This document shows positions 38,690 through 46,995 of a stretch of DNA of 64,000 bases, piece after piece. Numbering within the stretch: position 1 is the stretch's first letter; every line of letters begins with the position of its first letter. Origin of the DNA: Acidimicrobiia bacterium (GTDB lineage Bacteria; Actinomycetota; Acidimicrobiia; Spongiisociales; UBA11373); NCBI GenBank assembly GCA_040882645.1, contig JBBEAX010000068.1, forward strand, positions 3,230 to 67,229, read 5' to 3'. The translations under genes and the position numbers were made by a program. Under the pieces are notes generated by a model that worked only from the letters and a program-made list of their open reading frames with translations, made no database searches and was not told the origin of the DNA.

Positions 38690-39670
38690 CTATCCGATCT
38701 TCTCCCACGTCCCGCATTCCTCATCAGCGAGGAACCCCACGTCGGAGGCGGAGATGGTGACGATGGACTGGTCGCTGGTGAAGTCGTTGGCGATGATGTC
38801 GTCGAACTCTCCGCTGAAGCCGCTGAGCCGTTCCCAGTAGCAGAAGTCCGAGAAGTTCTTGTTACGCCAGGTGCCGGCAGCGATATCGACTCCGACGATG
38901 TACGTGCCGGGATCGAAATCGGCGGTGAGGCTGGCGGTGACAGGGGAGAGATTCGACGTCCAGGAGCCGCAGTCCCCGTCCCCTGAGAACCCGGCGTCGG
39001 AGGGCTTGATAGTGACGATCGCTGAGACCGAGGTGAAGTCGTTGGCGATGATGTCGTCGAACTCTCCGCTGAAGCCGCTGAGCCGTTCCCAGTAGCAGAA
39101 GTCCGAAAAGTTCTTGTTGCGGTAGACGCCGGGCTGGATGTCGGAACCGACCTGATGGGTGCCGGCCCCGAAGATCCGGTGCCCGGACTCGCAGCCAACG
39201 GTGAACTCACCCGTGGTGCAACTGTCTGACCCGCCGCCGCCCCAAATCATGTCCCATCCCGCCTGGCCCTTGATGTTGTCCCTGCCGGACTGTCCCTCGA
39301 TTAGGTCGTCGCCCTTGCCCCCCTTGATAGTGTCCCTCTTGCCGCCACCGATGATGTGGTCGGAGCCGCTGCCACCGAGGATCGTGTCCGCTCCGCCACC
39401 GCCAAGGATGGTGTCGTCACCCGAGCCGCCGCAGATAGTGTCATCACCGCCCAGTCCGCTGATCGTGTCGTTACCGCCGCGACCCACGATCACATCATCA
39501 CCAGCCGTACCAGAAAGGACCTCTGAGCCGTTGGTGCCGACGATCGTGGCCACCAACCCGCTACACGTCGGGGCACGCGGCTCGGCTTCCGCCGGTGCAG
39601 ACACCACTAGTGCCCCTGCCAACCCGACGGCGGCCGCAAGCACTCCGATCCGTCTGGGAAAGACAACCAT
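38690..39670 (-). CDS. Secreted RTX-like (GGxGxD calcium-binding repeat) protein with two C-terminal ~85-aa tandem domains
   Basis: Has a signal peptide (..AGALVVSAPAEA). About 9 nonapeptide-type repeats follow (GRGGNDTISGLGGDDTICGGSGDDTILGGGGADTILGGSGSD..). Two copies of ..RNKNFSDFCYWERLSGFSGEFDDIIANDFTS...CG.W come next. The DNA copies at 38774-38866 and 39029-39121 are nearly identical. Confidence 0.8.
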   Translation of the reverse strand: MVVFPRRIGVLAAAVGLAGALVVSAPAEAEPRAPTCSGLVATIVGTNGSEVLSGTAGDDVIVGRGGNDTISGLGGDDTICGGSGDDTILGGGGADTILGGSGSDHIIGGGKRDTIKGGKGDDLIEGQSGRDNIKGQAGWDMIWGGGGSDSCTTGEFTVGCESGHRIFGAGTHQVGSDIQPGVYRNKNFSDFCYWERLSGFSGEFDDIIANDFTSVSAIVTIKPSDAGFSGDGDCGSWTSNLSPVTASLTADFDPGTYIVGVDIAAGTWRNKNFSDFCYWERLSGFSGEFDDIIANDFTSDQSIVTISASDVGFLADEECGTWEKIG

Positions 39671-39788
39671 CCCGTGGAGCCTACGCGCTCGACATCCCAG
39701 ATTTCATGGCGACGGTCACGCTCCTGGGCTCAACCCCGTTCGTCGTTATGCGTGAGGTGGGCGGAAACCCTTGCGCCACAGGGTTCAT

Positions 39789-39863
39789 TGGTGGGCGCTA
39801 CTGGGATCGAACCAGTGACCTCTTCCGTGTCAGGGAAGCGCTCTTCCGCTGAGCTAAGCGCCC
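39789..39863 (-). tRNA. tRNA-Val (anticodon GAC), CCA encoded
   Basis: The reverse complement reads GGGCGCTTAGCTCAGCGGAAGAGCGCTTCCCTGACACGGAAGAGGTCACTGGTTCGATCCCAGTAGCGCCCACCA. The anticodon loop is CTGACAC. Confidence 0.9.
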
Positions 39864-39902
39864 TTCAGGGGCGGGACTGTAGTGCTGCCCGACAGGGGTC
39901 CG

Positions 39903-40190
39903 TCACCGCCTCGAGCGGTCGGTTCGGTCCCTCTGGCTCTGCCGACGATCCGACTTCCGAGTATGGGCGAGCCGCTCGACATGGTCGATCACGCTGCCCA
40001 ACAAGGCGAGACGCTCGTCGGCCGTCGAGGCCATGATGGGCTCAAAGCCCGCAGTTCCAAGACGGACATCTGCGTAGGTGCCCCGGTCGTCCTCGTGGAA
40101 GTAAAGGGACGGTCGCGAGCGAAAGTGGAAGTTGGGCGAGCCACCACCGTGATCGACGAGCCCGTCGATCGACCGCAGTGCCTCCACCAA
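39903..40190 (-). CDS. Hypothetical 95-aa protein lying between tRNA genes
   Basis: An ORF with GC3-rich codons (MVEALRSIDGLVDHGGGSPNFHFRSRPSLYFHEDDRGTYADVRL...) and a basic tail. I do not recognise a family. Confidence 0.45.
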   Translation of the reverse strand: MVEALRSIDGLVDHGGGSPNFHFRSRPSLYFHEDDRGTYADVRLGTAGFEPIMASTADERLALLGSVIDHVERLAHTRKSDRRQSQRDRTDRSRR

Positions 40191-40213
40191 CTCGTCGTGG
40201 TTATTTCTCTTCG

Positions 40214-40284
40214 AGGCGGCGCCCGGAATTGAACCGGGGTAGAGGGTTTTGCAGACCCTTGCCTAACCACTCGGCCACGCCGCC
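40214..40284 (-). tRNA. tRNA-Cys (anticodon GCA), no encoded CCA
   Basis: The reverse complement reads GGCGGCGTGGCCGAGTGGTTAGGCAAGGGTCTGCAAAACCCTCTACCCCGGTTCAATTCCGGGCGCCGCCT. The anticodon loop is CTGCAAA. Confidence 0.9.
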
Positions 40285-40287
40285 CTA

Positions 40288-40417
40288 CTAGCCAGACCCG
40301 GTTGGGGCGCCAACCCCATGCCGGGCCGTATCAGCCAGACCCGGTCGGGGCCCCAACCCCATGCCGGGCCGTATCAGCCAGACCCGGTCGGGGCCCCAAC
40401 CCCATGCCGGGCCCTAT
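40288..40417. repeat. Three tandem copies of a 43-44-bp unit (CAGCCAGACCCGGTCGGGGCCCCAACCCCATGCCGGGCCGTAT) between tRNA-Cys and tRNA-Gly
   Basis: The units lie at about 40288-40331, 40332-40374 and 40375-40417. Copies 2 and 3 differ only near the unit end, and copy 1 has a few substitutions. A partial fourth start (TAGCC) follows. Confidence 0.9.
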
Positions 40418-40534
40418 TAGCCCGAATCCGACAGCACTCGACTCGCGACGCCAATCCGAGGATGACGACACGGCTCACGCGTCCGTCGAGGGAGCAAGCG
40501 CCCTCCTCCCCAAGGAACCCGGAGGGTTCCCGGA

Positions 40535-40552
40535 CTCCCCCCTCCGGGGGAG
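40535..40552 (-). terminator. Hairpin CTCCCCC-CTCC-GGGGGAG just 3' of tRNA-Gly
   Basis: A 7-bp G/C stem lying 8 nt after the tRNA 3' end on the - strand. A related CTCCCCCCGG..CCGGGGGGAG hairpin follows dapF. Confidence 0.4.
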
Positions 40553-40559
40553 AAACGGG

Positions 40560-40632
40560 AGCGGACGACCGGTCTCGAACCGGCGACCTTCACCTTGGCA
40601 AGGTGACGCTCTACCAACTGAGCTACGTCCGC
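40560..40632 (-). tRNA. tRNA-Gly (anticodon GCC), no encoded CCA
   Basis: The reverse complement reads GCGGACGTAGCTCAGTTGGTAGAGCGTCACCTTGCCAAGGTGAAGGTCGCCGGTTCGAGACCGGTCGTCCGCT. The anticodon loop is TTGCCAA. Confidence 0.9.
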
Positions 40633-40665
40633 GAATGGGTGAATATATCACGGGCCCTTATTCGG

Positions 40666-41094
40666 CTAGGAGCCCGTAGAACCGAACCCTCCCGCACCCC
40701 GCGACGATTCCGGCAGCTCGTCGACGACCTCGAATTCCTGGGTGGAGACGGGCACAACCACCATCTGGGCGATCCGGTCACCGCGTGCGATCTGGATCGT
40801 TTCCAACCCAAGGTTCACCAGAATCGCCTTGATCTCCCCCCGATATCCGGAGTCGACGAGTCCGGGGCTGTTCACCACTCCGAGCCCCGATCTCGCGGCG
40901 AGGCCTGAACGGGGGGTGACCAGCCCGCCAAAACCCTCCGGAATCGCCACTGCTACCCCCGTTGGGACGACGGCTCTCTCCCCCGGTTCGAGGGTGGCCG
41001 ACTCGCGGGCGTAGAGGTCGACGCCGCCATCGCCCGGATGGGCGTGAGCGGGCATCGGGAGGTCGGGGTCGAGCCGCTTGAGCGGGATGCGCAT
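40666..41094 (-). CDS. dut: dUTP diphosphatase
   Basis: ..[12 protein letters not shown].., ..PRSGLA.., ..VDSGYRGEI.. and ..RIAQ.. with a C-terminal ..[10 protein letters not shown]. Confidence 0.95.
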   Translation of the reverse strand: MRIPLKRLDPDLPMPAHAHPGDGGVDLYARESATLEPGERAVVPTGVAVAIPEGFGGLVTPRSGLAARSGLGVVNSPGLVDSGYRGEIKAILVNLGLETIQIARGDRIAQMVVVPVSTQEFEVVDELPESSRGAGGFGSTGS

Positions 41095-41118
41095 GATGTC
41101 GATTATGCCCCTGGGAAG

Positions 41119-42084
41119 ATGACAGACGTGAGCCGGTTGAGGACACCCGAGCGAGAAGCGTTCCGCAGGACGATTCTCGGCATGCTGGAGACCACTCCAG
41201 CGACGGTGGCGCGCGCCGGCACCGTCGGCGCTCTGGAGGAGCCGGTCTCCGACCTCGACTTCGACTGGCGACCCACCCCACTGGGGAAGGTGGTGGAGTC
41301 GAAGCGGGAGTATCGGTGGCCGATCGTCGCCGGGGCGGCGCTCGTTGGGTTGGCGGTGCTCGTCGTGGCGCGGTTCGTCATCTTCCTCCCCGCCGACCAG
41401 GCGGAGGTCCGCCTTGCCAAATACGCCACGTCAGTCGACGAATTCTCCGCCGCCATCGAGGCGATGGAGGCGGCGGAGACCCTCACCGACCCCGCCGCCG
41501 CAGCGCAGTTCCTCGAAGCGGCTGGCGAGCTGCTCGTGGTCGCTCGTCCCGGACCACCGGGTTTCCTGCCGTTCATGCCGGCCGGACCGGTGGCGGATGT
41601 GCGATCCGTCCGCCACCGGCTCCTGATCCTGGCCGACGCCGCCGACTCGATCGCCGCCCGACTCGCCCGCGCCGCCCAGTACCGCGAGGCCTCCGGCGAA
41701 ATCCTCGCCATCCCGCTGCTCCCCTCGAGCGCTCCCCCCGAGTTGATCGATCCCGCCGCCCGGGCCCTCGCCACCATGCACAGCCAATCGACGGCGGCGG
41801 CAGGACGCCTCGACGACAGCGACGAGTACGCCGCTTATCGGGAAAGCGTGGAACAGGCCCTGACCACGTTGCCGGGGTCGATCGACCGCTATCTCCTGGC
41901 CCTACGGCGCGGGGAGGAGGCGACCGCCTTGGCGCGCATCGCCGAGCTGGAGGCGAGCCGTGAGGACACCCTCGCCGAAGTCGAAGCAGTCCTCGGACAG
42001 GTCGAAACGGACGCCGCCACCCTGATCCTGGAACTCAAGCGCGGGATCGCCGAGGTGAGGATCCTCCTCGGGGACACGGGCTGA
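41119..42084 (+). CDS. Hypothetical Ala-rich membrane-anchored protein
   Basis: I chose ATG 41119 ([11 protein letters not shown]..) so that it does not overlap the dut start. It has one TM helix ([24 protein letters not shown]) followed by a helical Ala/Glu/Arg-rich region. Confidence 0.6.
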   Translation: MTDVSRLRTPEREAFRRTILGMLETTPATVARAGTVGALEEPVSDLDFDWRPTPLGKVVESKREYRWPIVAGAALVGLAVLVVARFVIFLPADQAEVRLAKYATSVDEFSAAIEAMEAAETLTDPAAAAQFLEAAGELLVVARPGPPGFLPFMPAGPVADVRSVRHRLLILADAADSIAARLARAAQYREASGEILAIPLLPSSAPPELIDPAARALATMHSQSTAAAGRLDDSDEYAAYRESVEQALTTLPGSIDRYLLALRRGEEATALARIAELEASREDTLAEVEAVLGQVETDAATLILELKRGIAEVRILLGDTG

Positions 42085-42099
42085 CCGGAGATCCAGGGG

Positions 42100-42546
42100 T
42101 CAGCCCGGATCCTCGAGGGCTGCCATCTCTCGCTCGAAGTCGCTGGCGCCCTCGAAGTCCTTGTATACCGAGGCAAACCGGAGATAGGCCACCTCGTCGA
42201 GGTGCCGCAGCGCTTCGAGCACCCGCCGGCCGATCTCGTCGGTTGCCGACTCGCCTTCGGCCTCCACATAGGCTTCGATCTCGCCCACGAGGGCGTCGAT
42301 GGCCCCCGGGGGAACCTCCCGACCGGCGACCGCGTTCGCCACCCCCACCCGCACCTTCTCGGGGACGAAGGGCTCGATCCGGCCATCCCGCTTGCGCACC
42401 GTGAGACTGCTCTCCCGCCGCTCATAGGTGGTGAATCGGTTGGCGCACCCCTCGCACGCCCGGCGACGACGGATGGCCGACCCGCCCTCGGCGGGACGAC
42501 TGTCGACCACCCTGGTGTCATCGGCCGAGCAATAGGGGCATCGCAT
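42100..42546 (-). CDS. nrdR: Transcriptional repressor NrdR
   Basis: MRCPYCSADDTRVVDSR....CEGCANRFTTYER (zinc ribbon) plus an ATP-cone domain. The start is ATG 42544-42546. Confidence 0.95.
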   Translation of the reverse strand: MRCPYCSADDTRVVDSRPAEGGSAIRRRRACEGCANRFTTYERRESSLTVRKRDGRIEPFVPEKVRVGVANAVAGREVPPGAIDALVGEIEAYVEAEGESATDEIGRRVLEALRHLDEVAYLRFASVYKDFEGASDFEREMAALEDPG

Positions 42547-42627
42547 GGCCTCGAAGGGTACCGGTGCGGCCGACCCGGCGTTCTCTACAGGGACCACGGA
42601 GGGTGCCCGGCGACGACGGTCCGCGGT

Positions 42628-42933
42628 CTAGGGGACCGGGATCCGCAGAACCTGGCCCGGCTGAATGCTGCTCGTCTCGAGGCCGTTCACTGCTTTCAGG
42701 TCGAACACGAAGTCCCGGACGTCGGAATCCTCGGGAGCGTGAACCATGGCGATATCCCACAAAGTGTCGCCAACTCGAACCGTATGGGTGACGAGGGTGA
42801 TTTCATCGGGCGAGGCGACCGTCGGCCCCTCGGCGCGAGCGGCAACGGTGACAGCGAGCAGGAGGGCCAGCGCCACGGCGACCGAGGTGAGGAGAACCAC
42901 GACCCTGGTGCGGGTATTGGCGGAGATCGTCAT
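42628..42933 (-). CDS. Small membrane-anchored LysM-domain protein
   Basis: Starts MTISANTRTRVVVLLTSVAVALALLLAV (TM helix). It continues ..HTVRVGDTLWDIA....NGLETSSIQPGQVLRIP (LysM). Its position divergent from lexA is conserved in actinobacteria. Confidence 0.8.
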   Translation of the reverse strand: MTISANTRTRVVVLLTSVAVALALLLAVTVAARAEGPTVASPDEITLVTHTVRVGDTLWDIAMVHAPEDSDVRDFVFDLKAVNGLETSSIQPGQVLRIPVP

Positions 42934-43020
42934 GGCGCTGGCACCTCCTACGTTGCTGTCTGTCTCGGGGGCCTTGGCTCGGCCCCCACACGCTGCACAC
43001 CCTATGGACCCGGTGTGACA

Positions 43021-43110
43021 CGAACGTGTGTTCGCTCTGAGAAGACCAATGTATCGAACGGGTGTTCGCTTGTCAAGTCGAACATATGTTTGTCGGTGAA
43101 CACCTGTTCG
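43021..43110. promoter_or_regulatory. Cluster of four LexA (SOS) boxes of the actinobacterial CGAAC-N4-GTTCG type in the LysM/lexA divergent region
   Basis: CGAACGTGTGTTCG lies at 43021-43034, CGAACGGGTGTTCG at 43055-43068, CGAACATATGTTTG at 43079-43092 and TGAACACCTGTTCG at 43097-43110. The lexA ATG is at 43142. Confidence 0.8.
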
Positions 43111-43141
43111 GCTATCGTTCGGCGATAAGAAAGGGAGGCCC

Positions 43142-43771
43142 ATGTCCCCCAGCGACATCAGCGATCGGCAGAAGCAGATTCTCGAGCTCATCCACGAGAC
43201 GGTGCAGCGCCGGGGCTATCCCCCGTCCGTACGGGAGATCGGGGAGGCCGTCGGTCTCAGCTCACCGTCCACCGTCCACAGTCACCTCTCGGCGCTGGTG
43301 GAGGGCGGATACCTCCGCCGCGATGCCACCAAGCCACGCGCCATCGAAGTCATCGACACCGGCGGTTACGGCGAGCTACGCCGCGCCCCGGTACGCGATG
43401 TCCCCCTCGTCGGGCGAATCGCCGCCGGTTCACCGATGCTCGCCGAAGAGGACATCGAAGAGATCTTCCCATTGCCCACCGAACTGGTCGGCAACGAGCC
43501 GGTGATCATGCTGCGGGTCCAGGGCGACTCGATGATCAACGCGGGGATCTTCGACGGCGACCTCGTCGTCGTGCGACGCCAGCCCGACGCCCGGAACGGC
43601 GAGTTGGTGGCCGCCCTGATCAACGGCGAGGAGGCCACCGTCAAGCGATTCCGTCGTGAAGGCGACCGTGTGCTGCTCATCGCCGAGAACCCGGCTTACG
43701 AACCGATCGTGCTCACCGCCGGCGTCGAGATCGTGGGGAAGGTCGTCGCGGTCCTGCGCACGGTCAGGTAG
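43142..43771 (+). CDS. lexA: LexA repressor
   Basis: ..LSDRQKQILELI...GYPPSVREIGEAVGL.S.STVH.HL (wHTH). The S24 peptidase part has ..VQGDSMI.. and ..ATVKRF... Confidence 0.97.
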   Translation: MSPSDISDRQKQILELIHETVQRRGYPPSVREIGEAVGLSSPSTVHSHLSALVEGGYLRRDATKPRAIEVIDTGGYGELRRAPVRDVPLVGRIAAGSPMLAEEDIEEIFPLPTELVGNEPVIMLRVQGDSMINAGIFDGDLVVVRRQPDARNGELVAALINGEEATVKRFRREGDRVLLIAENPAYEPIVLTAGVEIVGKVVAVLRTVR

Positions 43772-43775
43772 GGGC

Positions 43776-43814
43776 CCTCGCTTCGCTCGGGCCGCAATTC
43801 GCGATTCGCAATTC
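43776..43814. repeat. Half element: CCTCGCTTCGCTCGG module + GCAATTC GCGATTC GCAATTC heptads, starting 5 nt after the lexA stop
   Basis: The module (43776-43790) is the reverse complement of the GCCGAGCGAAGCGAGG seen at 12656 and 12705. The heptads lie at 43794-43814. Confidence 0.85.
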
Positions 43815-43913
43815 GAAGGAACGGGTCAAGGCGTTGTGGAGGCCGCCCGGGCGATCTGGCGATTGGCGGGCCTGCTCGTAGGGTCAGCTTCCCCCCCTCC
43901 CCCCTTCGGGGTA

Positions 43914-43936
43914 CTCCCCCCGGAAGCCGGGGGGAG
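43914..43936 (-). terminator. Hairpin CTCCCCCCGG-AAG-CCGGGGGGAG 5 nt downstream of the dapF stop
   Basis: A 10-bp G/C stem with no U-tract, so terminator function is inferred. Confidence 0.45.
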
Positions 43937-43940
43937 ACGC

Positions 43941-44705
43941 TCAATCCTCGATCGATCCAATCGTTCCTGCGAACACTTCGCGCGCGGGGCCTTCGATCCA
44001 GGCTTCGCCTTCGATGATCTCTACCAGCAGTGGGCCGCCGGGGAGCATCACGGTCACCTTGGGGTCGGTCAGGCCCTGGTGGACGGCGGCAGCCACCGTG
44101 GCGGCGGCGCCGGTGCCGCAGGCGAGGGTCTCGCCCACCCCCCGCTCCCATACCCGGAGGTCGATTCGGTTCGGAGCGACGACCGTGGCGAACTCCACAT
44201 TGGTGCGGTCGGGGAACGCCGGGTCGCCTTCGACCAACGGGCCCGCGGCGCCGACGGGCACCGCTTCGGTGTCGGAGACGAAGGCGACGGCATGGGGATT
44301 GCCGATGTCGACCCGCTCCAACCGATAGCCGATCAGTTCCACCGGGTCGCCTGAGACCGCTACCGGGCCGAGTTGAGCGCGGACGGTCCCCTCTCGCACC
44401 ACGGTGCTCCTTGGCCCGACCAGGGTGTTGACCATCACTTCCGGGCCCGGGACCATCCCGTGCGTCACCGCATACAGGGCGACGCACCGCAGGCCATTCC
44501 CACACATCTCTGCGGCCGATCCGTCGGCGTTCCAGTAGCCCATGGACACGGTCCCGGCGTCCACTGGAGTCACCACCAGCACCCCATCGGCTCCGATCCC
44601 GCGCCGGCGGTCGCACCAAGTAGCCACCTGCACCGGAGATGGAACGAAGGGGCCGCCGAACACGATGAAGTCGTTGCCTAGGCCCTCCATCTTCACGAAG
44701 TCCAT
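43941..44705 (-). CDS. dapF: Diaminopimelate epimerase
   Basis: MDFVKMEGLGNDF.., ..MCGNG.RC.. and a second-half ..ACGTGA.. catalytic Cys. Confidence 0.95.
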   Translation of the reverse strand: MDFVKMEGLGNDFIVFGGPFVPSPVQVATWCDRRRGIGADGVLVVTPVDAGTVSMGYWNADGSAAEMCGNGLRCVALYAVTHGMVPGPEVMVNTLVGPRSTVVREGTVRAQLGPVAVSGDPVELIGYRLERVDIGNPHAVAFVSDTEAVPVGAAGPLVEGDPAFPDRTNVEFATVVAPNRIDLRVWERGVGETLACGTGAAATVAAAVHQGLTDPKVTVMLPGGPLLVEIIEGEAWIEGPAREVFAGTIGSIED

Positions 44706-45610
44706 CCGGCCTCCTCGAGGCTCGCCACCGCCGCCTCGGCGAGCAACGCGGGGTCATCTTGCCACCCCAGCCAGTCGATCCTCGGGTCGCGTCGGTGAAA
44801 GGTGCGCTGGCGCCGCGCCAGCGAGGTGGTGGCGTCGATCGCCCGCTTGCGAGCGGTAGTGAGGTCCCACTCTCCTTCGACGACCCGCAGCATCTCGCGG
44901 TATCCCACCGCGGTGGCCGCGGTGGGGCCCAACCGGCCGCGTAAGCCATCCACTTCGTCGAGCAGACCGCGCTCGATCATCCGGTCGAGCCGCCGCTCCA
45001 CCCGGGCGGGAAGCTGCTCTCCCGGATCGACACCCACCACGGCCACCGGGATCTCGGACCGATACTCCCGGACGGCATCGGCAGCTGCCGCCGTCGCCCG
45101 GGCCGTGGGCGTCAACCCGGTGAGCCGGTGGATCTCCAAGGCGCGGATCACCCGGCGTGGGTTGGCCAGATCGACCCAGACCCCCGCTTCCGGATCAGCC
45201 GCGAGCAGTTCCGCGGTCGCCTCCTCGGCGGGCATGCCCTCGATGACCTCCCGCAGGCCATCATCCGTTGGGGGGAACTCGAGCGGATCCACCAGCGATC
45301 TGAAGTGCAACCCGCTGCCCCCCACGATCAGGACGCGAGCACCCCGTCCCTCGATCTCGGCCATCGCCAGCCGTCCGCGCACCTGGAACTCGGCCACGGA
45401 GAAGGCCACCTCCGGGTCGACGACGTCGATCATGTGATGCGGGACCCGGGCGATCTCCTCGGCCGCCGGCTTGGCGGTCCCGATGTTCATGCCCCGATAG
45501 ACCTGCATGCTGTCCACCGACAGGATCTCCGCGCCGAGCCGCTCGGCGACGAGCAGGGCGACATCGCTCTTACCGGCCGCAGTGGGGCCGAGGATCGCTC
45601 CGACCTTCAG
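44693..45610 (-). CDS. miaA: tRNA dimethylallyltransferase (start codon non-canonical or uncertain)
   Basis: The ORF track begins at GTG 45517 (..VDSMQVYRGMNIGTAKP). The same frame upstream encodes the essential P-loop LKVGAILGPTAAGKSDVALLVAERLGAEILS with no ATG/GTG/TTG. The only plausible start is CTG 45608-45610, which overlaps the miaB TGA (CTGA). Confidence 0.85.
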   Translation of the reverse strand: MKVGAILGPTAAGKSDVALLVAERLGAEILSVDSMQVYRGMNIGTAKPAAEEIARVPHHMIDVVDPEVAFSVAEFQVRGRLAMAEIEGRGARVLIVGGSGLHFRSLVDPLEFPPTDDGLREVIEGMPAEEATAELLAADPEAGVWVDLANPRRVIRALEIHRLTGLTPTARATAAAADAVREYRSEIPVAVVGVDPGEQLPARVERRLDRMIERGLLDEVDGLRGRLGPTAATAVGYREMLRVVEGEWDLTTARKRAIDATTSLARRQRTFHRRDPRIDWLGWQDDPALLAEAAVASLEEAGWTS

Positions 45611-46995
45611 GTCGCCACCCGCCCGACGAGGTGGCTGGGGGCGGCATACTCGACGACCGCGTCGAAGAACGACCCGGGTGCGCGCTCCCCGGGAACATGC
45701 AAGACCTTGTTGGTCCTCGTCCTCGCAGTCACCACTCCAGGATCCTTCCTGGAAGGACCTTCGACGAGACCCTCGACCGTGCTGCCCACCAACGCCTGGT
45801 TCTTCTCCAACGAGACCTGCCGCTGCAGATCGGCCAGGCGGGTGAAGCGCTCGGAGGCCACCTCGGGTTCGACCCGCCCGTCCAAGTCGGCTGCAGGGGT
45901 TCCCGGTCGGGGCGAGTAGATGAACATGTAGGCGCCGTCGAAGCGGGCTTCGGCCATCACATCGAGTGTCCGCTGGAAGTCATCCTCCGTCTCGCCGGGG
46001 AACCCCACGATGATGTCGGTGGAGGTCGCCAGGCCGGGAATCGTCGCCTCGGCGGCCCGCAGCTTCTCGATGAAACGATCCGGGGTGTAGCCGCGTTGCA
46101 TCGCCCGCAGGATCCGGGCGCTGCCGCTCTGGAGCGGCAGGTGGAGTTGCTCGCACACCGCAGGCGTCTCGGCCATCGCCTCGAGCACGTCCTGTTTGAT
46201 GTCCTTGGGGTGCGGGCTGGTGAACCGGATCCGCCGGATCCCCTCGATCTCGCCTACTCGCCGCAGCAGGTTGGCAAAGATCGGGCGGCGGCGACCGTCG
46301 ATCGCCAGGTCCCGCCCGTAGGAGTTGACGTTCTGGCCGAGGAGGGTCACCTCGACCACCCCATCGGCAGCCAGATCACGCACCTCGCGGACGATGTCGC
46401 CCGGACGCCGCGAGATCTCCTTACCCCGGACGATCGGGACGATGCAGAAGGTGCACCCGTTGTTGCACCCGATCGTGATCGTCACCCAGGCCGAATGCGG
46501 GACCTCCCGATGGGCCGGCAGGGTGGACGGCACGTCGTCGATCGAGGCGGTCTCGTCCCAGATCTCGGTGACCGGGCCCCACTCCTCGGCGTGATCGAGA
46601 AGGGTGATCACCCGATGGAGGTTGTGCGTACCGAAGACCACATCCACCCACGGCGCCTTTGCCTGAACCACCTCGCGGTCCTTCTGGGCGAGGCACCCAC
46701 CCACCAGGATCCGCATGCCCGGGCGTTCGTCCTTCACCGCCTTGAGTTGACCGAGGTTCCCGTAGAGGCGGTTGTCGGCGTTCTCGCGGATACAGCAGGT
46801 GTTGATCATCACCACGTCGGCATCATCGAGACCAGCGGCAGGGACCATTCCATCGGCTTCGAACAACCCGCCGATGCGCTCGGAGTCGTGCTCGTTCATC
46901 TGACATCCGAAGGTCCGAACCAGGTACCGGCGCCCGGTGCGCGTCGGAACGCGACGCTCGCGCACGACGGGGATACCGAGTTCGACGGTGGTCAT
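45607..46995 (-). CDS. miaB: tRNA-2-methylthio-N6-dimethylallyladenosine synthase (radical SAM methylthiotransferase)
   Basis: ..VRTFGCQMNEHDSE.., the radical-SAM CNNGCTFC motif and a TRAM C-terminus. Confidence 0.95.
   Translation of the reverse strand: MTTVELGIPVVRERRVPTRTGRRYLVRTFGCQMNEHDSERIGGLFEADGMVPAAGLDDADVVMINTCCIRENADNRLYGNLGQLKAVKDERPGMRILVGGCLAQKDREVVQAKAPWVDVVFGTHNLHRVITLLDHAEEWGPVTEIWDETASIDDVPSTLPAHREVPHSAWVTITIGCNNGCTFCIVPIVRGKEISRRPGDIVREVRDLAADGVVEVTLLGQNVNSYGRDLAIDGRRRPIFANLLRRVGEIEGIRRIRFTSPHPKDIKQDVLEAMAETPAVCEQLHLPLQSGSARILRAMQRGYTPDRFIEKLRAAEATIPGLATSTDIIVGFPGETEDDFQRTLDVMAEARFDGAYMFIYSPRPGTPAADLDGRVEPEVASERFTRLADLQRQVSLEKNQALVGSTVEGLVEGPSRKDPGVVTARTRTNKVLHVPGERAPGSFFDAVVEYAAPSHLVGRVAT

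Noticed and set aside
39674-40300. Integrated mobile element or genomic island at the tRNA cluster
   Set aside because: No integrase, recombinase, transposase or flanking direct repeat of a tRNA 3' end could be found. The only content is one small ORF.
40302-40908. ORFs of 125 and 196 aa spanning the 43-bp tandem repeats, tRNA-Gly and part of dut
   Set aside because: Their peptide repeats simply translate the DNA repeats, and they run across a tRNA gene and antisense to dut.
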